Below are positions 57,742 to 64,000 of a stretch of 64,000 bases of DNA, piece after piece. Each line of letters starts with the position of its first letter. Positions within the stretch are counted from its first letter, which is position 1. Origin of the DNA: an uncultured Spirochaetaceae bacterium (GTDB taxonomy: Bacteria; Spirochaetota; Spirochaetia; SZUA-6; DRHE01); the NCBI GenBank assembly GCA_964390045.1, contig CAYMGP010000009.1, positions 183-64,182 of the forward strand, written 5' to 3'. Made by a program: the position numbers and the translations under genes. The notes under the pieces were generated by a model. That model was not told the origin of the DNA and did no database searches. It saw only the letters and a program-made list of their open reading frames with translations.

Positions 57742-58371
57742 TTGAACGCAAAGTATCCTGATCTGGCGGCTTTGATCCTTGCCGGCGGGCGCAACACGCG
57801 CATGGGAGGGATGGAAAAAAGTCGTATTGCAGTCAACGGGACTCCACTTGTACACAGCATCGCCTCGCTGCTTCAAGATTTATTTTCCGAAGTGATTTTG
57901 GTGACAAACAGACCGGATCTGCACAGGGATCTTGCCGGCCAGCTGATCATCAGCGAGGACATCTACAGGGAACGCGGACCTCTCGGGGGCATCCATACAG
58001 GATTGGCCCGCACGAGCAAAGAAGCCCTGTTCTGTGTGGCCTGCGACATGCCTTCGCTCGATCCTGAGCTCATCGAACGTGAGATCGAACATTTCTTGAG
58101 CCTTCCCCGGGAACAGTGCGATGCCCTGATACCACGCGTGGGCGAGTTGATCGAGCCCCTCCACGCCGTATACCGCCGGCGCCTGGAATCCCTGGCCCGG
58201 GAGATACTGCTCGGCGAAAGAGGGTATTCGGTGCGGGTACTGCTCGACAAGGCGCGGACCTGCTACCTGGATCTCCATGCGGCACCGGAGGTTGCCAGGG
58301 CGTTTTTCAATCTCAACACTCCGAAAGACATCCATTTGCACCTGGATGCCGGGAGGCAGGGAGGCAGCTGA
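57742..58371 (+). CDS. mobA: Molybdenum cofactor guanylyltransferase
   Basis: LAGG..RMG..K, GPLGGI, ACDMP, EPLHA.Y and N.NT motifs. Confidence 0.92.
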   Translation: MNAKYPDLAALILAGGRNTRMGGMEKSRIAVNGTPLVHSIASLLQDLFSEVILVTNRPDLHRDLAGQLIISEDIYRERGPLGGIHTGLARTSKEALFCVACDMPSLDPELIEREIEHFLSLPREQCDALIPRVGELIEPLHAVYRRRLESLAREILLGERGYSVRVLLDKARTCYLDLHAAPEVARAFFNLNTPKDIHLHLDAGRQGGS

Positions 58372-58373
58372 CC

Positions 58374-59168
58374 GTGCGTAGCTTGAAGATCATTCGTGTT
58401 CGCGACGGGAAGTGGGAAACCCTGGAAGATCTGATTACCGAGGAGATTTCCCTCGCCCTGCTCGCCGAGCATCGCCGGATCGCCGTGCTCATGTGCTCGC
58501 CCTCAGACCTGGAAGACCTGGTGACCGGTTTTTTCTATACAAATGGATTCATTCAGAGGGCCGATCAGATCCGCCGGATTGTGATCAACAGGGCGAATTG
58601 GACAGCCTTCATCGAGCTGGCTCCGGAGATCGATGTAGAGCGGCTGCGCCCCGGCGGCATAATAGGTTCAGCCTGCGGCGACGGTCACGGCCTGCCGGAA
58701 CGACGGCACCAGGCCGCCGGGGGTGAAGAAAGGCGGGACGCAGCGAGGGGTTCTGTGAGCTCCCGGCTCATCATCGATCTCATGGATAGTTTTCGAAAAC
58801 GCTCGAAAATTCATCGAAAAACAGGAGGTGTTCACGCCGCCGCGATTGCCTCGGCGGCGGATCTGCTCGTTTTTCGAGAAGATATAGGCAGGCATAATGC
58901 GGTAGACAAGGTGATCGGCGCCTGTCTGGCCGAAGACTGCCCGTTTGAAGACAAGATCCTGCTGACCAGCGGCAGACTCTCCTCGGAAATTATATACAAA
59001 GCAGATGCCTGCCGCCTGCCCATTATTGTTTCCCGCAGCGCCCCCACGGATCGAAGTATATCCCTGGCCAGGGACAGAGATATCACTCTGGTTGGCTTTG
59101 CCAGAGGGCGTCGCCTAAACATCTATTCGGCATCTAGACGGCTGTTCGAAGCGGACCGCAGGCTTTGA
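58374..59168 (+). CDS. fdhD: Formate dehydrogenase accessory sulfurtransferase
   Basis: MCSP, TGGVH.A, EDIGRHNAVDK and SGR.S motifs. Confidence 0.92.
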   Translation: MRSLKIIRVRDGKWETLEDLITEEISLALLAEHRRIAVLMCSPSDLEDLVTGFFYTNGFIQRADQIRRIVINRANWTAFIELAPEIDVERLRPGGIIGSACGDGHGLPERRHQAAGGEERRDAARGSVSSRLIIDLMDSFRKRSKIHRKTGGVHAAAIASAADLLVFREDIGRHNAVDKVIGACLAEDCPFEDKILLTSGRLSSEIIYKADACRLPIIVSRSAPTDRSISLARDRDITLVGFARGRRLNIYSASRRLFEADRRL

Positions 59169-59203
59169 GGCTCGCTTGAAGCTGGCTGCGCCCCTGCTCC
59201 TAT

Positions 59204-59233
59204 TTGACTCATTTTGTAATGATGCTGTATACT
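59204..59233 (+). promoter_or_regulatory. Sigma70-type promoter, probably leaderless, for cooC
   Basis: TTGACT-N18-TATACT, 7 nt before the GTG at 59241. Confidence 0.55.
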
Positions 59234-59240
59234 GAGTGCC

Positions 59241-59999
59241 GTGAAAATCGCACTTACAGGAAAAGGGGGTGTGGGCAAGAGCACCCTCGCAGCAATGATT
59301 GCTCGGGTCGTTCGGGATCAGAGCAACAAAGTCGTGGTCATCGATGCCGATCCGGATATGAACCTGGCCACAATATTCGATGTTTCCCAGAACATCGAAA
59401 TCACTCCGATCGTAGAGATGAAGGAACTGATCGCCGAGCGTACCGGTACAAAGGTCGGCGAGCCGGCTCCGTTCTTCACTATGAATCCCAAGGTAAGCGA
59501 TCTGCCTGAGAAGTACTGGGTCGACAAAAACGGCGTCAAGCTGCTCGTCATGGGAACGGTACAGAGCGGCGGAGGCGGCTGCGCCTGCCCGGAGAATGCT
59601 TTTTTAAAGAGTCTTCTCGGCCATATGATGATTGCCCGTCAGGAGTGGGTTATTCTCGACATGGAGGCGGGTATCGAGCATCTCGGCCGTGGCACCGCCT
59701 TGGGTGTGGACTATATGCTGGTGGTCGTCGAGCCGAACAGGACCAGCACCGAAACGGCCCACCGCATTCAGAAGCTGGCCCATGATATAAACATCAAGAA
59801 GGTCCTGGTTGTGGGCAACAAGATCCAGAAACAGGAAGAAGAGGAGTTTATCCGCGAAGCCTGTCAAGGCCTTGAGGTGCTTGGATTTCTGCGGCTTTCC
59901 GAGCAGGTTCGACAGGTCAGCACCGGCGAGATTTCTCTGGAAGAAATTGGCGGGGATTTCCTCGAGCAGGTGAAAAAGCTGGTCGAGCGCCTGTCGTAA
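59241..59999 (+). CDS. cooC: CO dehydrogenase nickel-insertion ATPase
   Basis: GKGGVGKST, DADP, GCAC and DMEAGIEHLGRG motifs. Confidence 0.92.
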   Translation: MKIALTGKGGVGKSTLAAMIARVVRDQSNKVVVIDADPDMNLATIFDVSQNIEITPIVEMKELIAERTGTKVGEPAPFFTMNPKVSDLPEKYWVDKNGVKLLVMGTVQSGGGGCACPENAFLKSLLGHMMIARQEWVILDMEAGIEHLGRGTALGVDYMLVVVEPNRTSTETAHRIQKLAHDINIKKVLVVGNKIQKQEEEEFIREACQGLEVLGFLRLSEQVRQVSTGEISLEEIGGDFLEQVKKLVERLS

Positions 60000-60057
60000 A
60001 GCGTTTTGGTAATTTCGTGTCATTTTTTGGTATATTTTTAAAATTCTAAAATTCATA

Positions 60058-60086
60058 TTGCAACAATGCTCGAGGCACTGTATAAT
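60058..60086 (+). promoter_or_regulatory. Near-consensus sigma70 promoter upstream of cooS
   Basis: TTGCAA-N17-TATAAT, preceded by an AT-rich UP-like tract. Confidence 0.7.
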
Positions 60087-60356
60087 ACGCCGATTACGTT
60101 GCGGTATTAGAGGTAAGGAGCATGATGTGCTATCTTCCATCCCTCTTCCAACATACGCCCCTCCTAAGTTTTTACACCATCAGGTCTTTGTCTTGGCAAA
60201 CAGCAAAACGACTCAACATAGTAAGGCTAATAAGGCTTGGTAATGGATACTAGGCATCAGGATGGCAAGACGAGGACAAAGATCGATACTTACCCATATC
60301 GCTAAAAACGTATACAACGAAAACAAAGCTTAGCAAACAATAAATGGAGGTGCCGG

Positions 60357-62282
60357 ATGGCCAAAGAACTGAAGTATGCTGACAAAGCCTCGCAGCAGAT
60401 GTTCAAACGGGCGCAGGAGCAGCAGATCCCCACCGTCTGGGATCGTTATGAAGCGATGCAGCCGCAGTGCGGGTTCGGAACTCTCGGCCTGTGCTGCCGG
60501 AACTGCAGTATGGGTCCCTGCCGCATCGATCCTTTCGGAGATGGACCGAAGTTTGGAATCTGTGGGGCTGATGCCGATACCATTACAGCCAGAAATATCG
60601 TTCGGATGATCGCAGGAGGAGCGGCGGCTCATTCCGATCACGGGCGGGACATCGCTCACACCCTGTTTCTGATCTCGGAAGCTGAGGATTGCGACTACAA
60701 GGTCAAGGACGAGCGCAAGTTGAAGAGCATCGCCGAGCATTACGGGATCGAAACCAAGGGCAAGGATCTCAAAGAGATCACCCGAGCGGTAGCAGAGGCA
60801 ACATTGAACGAGTTCGGGCAGATGCACGGAACCGTGCGTATGGCCGATTACGCCCCCCCGGCCCGGGTGAAGCTTTGGAAGGAACTGGGCATCATGCCCC
60901 GGTCCATCGACAGGGAGATCGTGGAGATCATGCACCGTACCCATATCGGTGTGGATGCCGACTACAAGAACCTCATGAGGCAGGGCATGCGGGCGGCTAT
61001 CAGCGACGGCTGGGGCGGATCGATGATCGCGACCGAGCTTTCCGATGTCATCTTCGATACCCCGAAAATTCAGCCCTCCACCGCCAATCTCGGAGTGCTG
61101 AAGAAAGATATGGTCAACCTCGTCGTCCACGGCCACGAGCCGACACTTTCAGACATCATCGCCATTGTAAGCCAGCGCGAGGATCTCGTGAAAAGGGCCA
61201 AGGATAGGGGCGCCAAGGGCATCAATCTGGCCGGTGTTTGCTGCAGCGCCAACGAAATCCTGATGCGCCACGGGATCCCTCTGGCCGGCAGCTTCATGCA
61301 GCAGGAGCTGGCCGTTTTGACAGGGGTCGTGGAGCTGATGGTTGTGGATGTTCAGTGCCTGATGCCGGGAGTGGCGCACACGGCCCAGCATTTTCATACC
61401 AAGCTGGTGACCACCTCGCCCAAGGCCAGGATCCCCGGCTTCGATCACATCGAGTTCGAGGAAGAGAGAGCGGTGGAGATCGCCACCCAGATTATTGAAG
61501 CGGCGATCGACAACTATCCCAACAGAAACGACCTGAAGGCAGATATCCCCCAGGTCAACGAGGGAATCGTGGCCGGATTCACCACGGAGAGTGTCTTCCA
61601 GTTTCTCGGCGGTACCTACCGTTCGACCTACAGGCCCCTCAACGATGCGGTGATCGCCGGCAGGATCCGGGGAGCCGCCGGGGTGGTAGGCTGTTCCAAT
61701 CCCAACGTGGATTACGAGGAAGGCCACATCAGGATGGTAAAAGAGCTGCTCAAGAACGATGTTCTCGTTGTCACGACTGGGTGCAACGCCATCTCCTGTG
61801 CAAAGCACGGCCTGATGAAACCGGAGTCGGCCTTCCAGTTCGCCGGCGAGGGCTTGCAGGAGGTCTGCCGGGCCGTGGGCATACCCCCGGTTCTCCACCT
61901 CGGTTCCTGTGTCGACAACAGCCGGATCCTGAGGGTGCTGGCCAGTGTGGTGGCCGAAGGGGGATTGGGCGATGACATCTCCGATCTCCCCGTGGCCGGT
62001 GCGGCTCCCGAATGGATGAGCGAGAAGGCCGTTTCGATAGGTATGTACTTTGTGGCCTCCGGCGTGTATACAATGATCGGACACCCCCTGCCCATGATGG
62101 GCAGCAAGAACATGTACAATTACCTGACAGACGAGATAGAGAAGGAAGTGGGAGGCAAATGGGACTTCGAGCTCGATCCGGTGGTGGCGGCACACAAGAT
62201 GATCCACCACATCGACAAAAAGAGACAGGCATTGAAGCTCAAGCCCATGATGTACGAGCAGGCCTTGAAGCCTGCTGTGTGA
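60357..62282 (+). CDS. cooS: Ni,Fe carbon-monoxide dehydrogenase catalytic subunit
   Basis: QCGFG..GLCCRNCSMGPC (D/B clusters), HSDH, HGHEP, CCSANE, DVQC, GCSN, GCNA, GSCVDN and SEKA motifs. Confidence 0.97.
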   Translation: MAKELKYADKASQQMFKRAQEQQIPTVWDRYEAMQPQCGFGTLGLCCRNCSMGPCRIDPFGDGPKFGICGADADTITARNIVRMIAGGAAAHSDHGRDIAHTLFLISEAEDCDYKVKDERKLKSIAEHYGIETKGKDLKEITRAVAEATLNEFGQMHGTVRMADYAPPARVKLWKELGIMPRSIDREIVEIMHRTHIGVDADYKNLMRQGMRAAISDGWGGSMIATELSDVIFDTPKIQPSTANLGVLKKDMVNLVVHGHEPTLSDIIAIVSQREDLVKRAKDRGAKGINLAGVCCSANEILMRHGIPLAGSFMQQELAVLTGVVELMVVDVQCLMPGVAHTAQHFHTKLVTTSPKARIPGFDHIEFEEERAVEIATQIIEAAIDNYPNRNDLKADIPQVNEGIVAGFTTESVFQFLGGTYRSTYRPLNDAVIAGRIRGAAGVVGCSNPNVDYEEGHIRMVKELLKNDVLVVTTGCNAISCAKHGLMKPESAFQFAGEGLQEVCRAVGIPPVLHLGSCVDNSRILRVLASVVAEGGLGDDISDLPVAGAAPEWMSEKAVSIGMYFVASGVYTMIGHPLPMMGSKNMYNYLTDEIEKEVGGKWDFELDPVVAAHKMIHHIDKKRQALKLKPMMYEQALKPAV

Positions 62283-62291
62283 GAGGGTAGC

Positions 62292-62843
62292 ATGGCAAAA
62301 AGAATCACGGTAAGGATAGAGAGATGCATGGGCTGTCATACTTGCGAGCTGGCCTGTGCCATTGCTCATTCGCAGAGCAAGGACATCGAAAGCATGATGC
62401 TGAGCGGTGAAAAACCGGGATACAGGATCCACGTGGAATCCTACGGTCCACGTTCGATTCCCCTGAACTGTCAGCACTGCGAGGAGCCGGCCTGCGTGAT
62501 GGCCTGCCCCACAGGTGCGATACACAGAAAGGCGCCGGGGAAACCCGTGCTCTTCGACAAAGAGCGCTGCATAGGCTGCGGAATGTGCGTACAGGCCTGC
62601 CCCTTCGGGGTCATCACCATGAGCGCGGAGGGAAAGGGCGTGTTGAAGTGCGACCTCTGTATAGAGAGGCTGGCCCAGGGGTTGGAGCCGGCCTGCGTAT
62701 CCTCCTGCCCGACCCATGCTCTGGTCTTCGAAGATGACAGGCAATCGGCCCAGACCAAGCGAAAAGCAGTAGCCGAGAAAATGGCGACCGCCGTGGCAGC
62801 GGGCGAGGCCGCGGCAGCAGAGGCCGAAGCCGAGGAGGTGTAA
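62292..62843 (+). CDS. cooF: 4x[4Fe-4S] electron-transfer subunit
   Basis: Four CxxC..CP-type groups, KCDLC and CPT.AL motifs. Confidence 0.9.
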   Translation: MAKRITVRIERCMGCHTCELACAIAHSQSKDIESMMLSGEKPGYRIHVESYGPRSIPLNCQHCEEPACVMACPTGAIHRKAPGKPVLFDKERCIGCGMCVQACPFGVITMSAEGKGVLKCDLCIERLAQGLEPACVSSCPTHALVFEDDRQSAQTKRKAVAEKMATAVAAGEAAAAEAEAEEV

Positions 62844-62850
62844 CGATTCG

Positions 62851-63126
62851 ATGGTAACCGTGACCGTTTGCGTGGGTAGCTCATGCCACATCAAAGGCGC
62901 CCGGCAGGTCATCGTGCGCTTCAATGAGCTGCTCAAGAATCACGGTCTGGAAGAAAAAATAGAGCTGAAAGGATCGTTCTGCATGGAACGCTGCGGGGAA
63001 GGCCTTAACTGGCAGATAGACGAACAACCTGTCACCAGCAGCAGTGTTGAAGAGGCGATCGAGACGTTCACAGAGAAGGTGCTGCAGCCGCAGCTGAAGA
63101 CCGGCGGCGGCAGCAGCTCTGAGTAG
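62851..63126 (+). CDS. Thioredoxin-like [2Fe-2S] protein (HfsA-like)
   Basis: VCVGSSCHIKG...GSFCMERC motif. Confidence 0.85.
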   Translation: MVTVTVCVGSSCHIKGARQVIVRFNELLKNHGLEEKIELKGSFCMERCGEGLNWQIDEQPVTSSSVEEAIETFTEKVLQPQLKTGGGSSSE

Positions 63127-63136
63127 GAAGGAGCCG

Positions 63137-63688
63137 TTGGCAAAGGCAGATCAGGGCCGGGCGGAGCCGGATCCAGGCCCGGTGGACGGCAGGGAAACCT
63201 CACCGTATATTGCGGCCATCCTGCAGCATACTCCCAACGGAGTGCTGCTCGTGGACAGGGAGACCCGAATCCAGTTCGTGAATCCCTCGTTTCGGAGTAT
63301 GTTTCACTGCGCCGACGAGAAGCTGTTGGACGAACCGGCAGCCAAGTTTGTGCACTGCGACTGCTTCGAGAGGGCGATTGCAGCGGGGGGAAATCTCATG
63401 GTCAAGGAGAACATCCCCGACCATGATGTCAGCTTCCGGGTGGGGCTTTTCCCCATCGAGGGCGAAGACCTGTATTGCGGGATCTTCATCGATATCTCCG
63501 AGGAGGAACAGGCCAAGAAGGATTTGCGCGATCTCAGGGCGCAAACGCTGGAGAGGGCGCAGGAGGTCATCTCGCGGCAGATGAAGACCGCTCAAGAGAT
63601 AGCCCGCCTGCTGGGAGAAACCACGGCGGAGACCAAGATCCTGCTTGTGAAGCTCATGTCGCTCTTTGTCGAAGAAGAGACGAAATGA
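63137..63688 (+). CDS. PAS protein carrying the HydS/HfsB C-terminal helix but no hydrogenase domain
   Basis: TPNGVLLVD..I..VN PAS start; VISRQMKTAQEIARLLGETTAETK..L..L tail; AAGGAG before the TTG start. Confidence 0.8.
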   Translation: MAKADQGRAEPDPGPVDGRETSPYIAAILQHTPNGVLLVDRETRIQFVNPSFRSMFHCADEKLLDEPAAKFVHCDCFERAIAAGGNLMVKENIPDHDVSFRVGLFPIEGEDLYCGIFIDISEEEQAKKDLRDLRAQTLERAQEVISRQMKTAQEIARLLGETTAETKILLVKLMSLFVEEETK

Positions 63689-64000
63689 GGCTGTACTACG
63701 AGTGGGGCATCAAGCAGGTTCACAAGCACGGCGAGGAGCTCTGCGGCGACAACATCGCTTTCTCCCGCCAGGCTGACAAGGTTACCCTTGCTCTGTCGGA
63801 CGGCCTGGGAAGCGGGGTGAAGGCCAATATACTGGCCACCCTGACAACCCAGATCGCCATACGGATGCTCGAGGACAACCTGCCCCTTGGGGAGGTTGTG
63901 CAGACCCTGACCGAAACGCTCCCCGTGTGTGCGGTGCGCAAGGTTGCCTACAGCACCTTCGCGATAGCCCAGTTTTTCAGCCAGGGCTATGCGCGGGTCG
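63685..64000 (+). CDS. SpoIIE/PP2C-family Ser/Thr phosphatase (HfsC-like); truncated by the window end
   Basis: Not in the ORF track. Manual translation gives K.GEELCGD..LSDGLGSGVKANILATLT..TLPVC..R.VAYSTF. ATGA overlap with the PAS gene. Confidence 0.88.
   Translation, partial: MRLYYEWGIKQVHKHGEELCGDNIAFSRQADKVTLALSDGLGSGVKANILATLTTQIAIRMLEDNLPLGEVVQTLTETLPVCAVRKVAYSTFAIAQFFSQGYARV

Noticed and set aside
60018-60033. CooA/CRP-type box upstream of cooS
   Set aside because: Only one half-site (TGTCA) matches, and no cooA gene is in the window.
61149-62936. 595-aa antisense ORF (likewise 26773-28032 and 49095-50432)
   Set aside because: Antisense shadows of well-supported genes, expected with GC-rich codon usage; no recognisable motifs.

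Overview
This is a gene-dense, GC-rich (roughly 60% by eye) chromosomal segment of an anaerobic bacterium. It looks like an uncultured Spirochaetia or similar lineage, but the taxonomy is only an impression. I saw no rRNA, tRNA, CRISPR array, integrase or transposase. From left to right: (1) housekeeping and stress genes (aminotransferase, Ser/Thr dehydratase, heavy-metal P1B-ATPase, RtcB, lipoprotein lipase, frameshifted DUF4139, AAA-DUF4143); (2) an IclR/TRAP catabolic locus with three DapA-family aldolases and three UroD/MtaA-family proteins; (3) MoxR-DUF58-DUF4129, manA and a GPH sugar transporter; (4) a C1/nucleotide cluster (split purH, archaeal-like thyA and glyA, folE2) followed by a PlsY-kinase fusion; (5) a split ADP-forming acyl-CoA synthetase; (6) a ~16 kb formate/CO island. 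The island has a Cache histidine kinase, three receiver proteins with no DNA-binding domain, a NuoE/NuoF/FdhF formate dehydrogenase, mobA, fdhD, cooC, cooS and cooF. The two strongest novelty candidates are both in this island. One is a receiver domain fused in frame to a formate (FNT) channel, which could be a phosphorylation-gated channel. The other is a CO dehydrogenase sitting directly upstream of an hfsA / PAS-only hfsB / hfsC sensory module that lacks the [FeFe]-hydrogenase sensor domain. Several genes also look leaderless. All family assignments come from motif recognition, not database searches.
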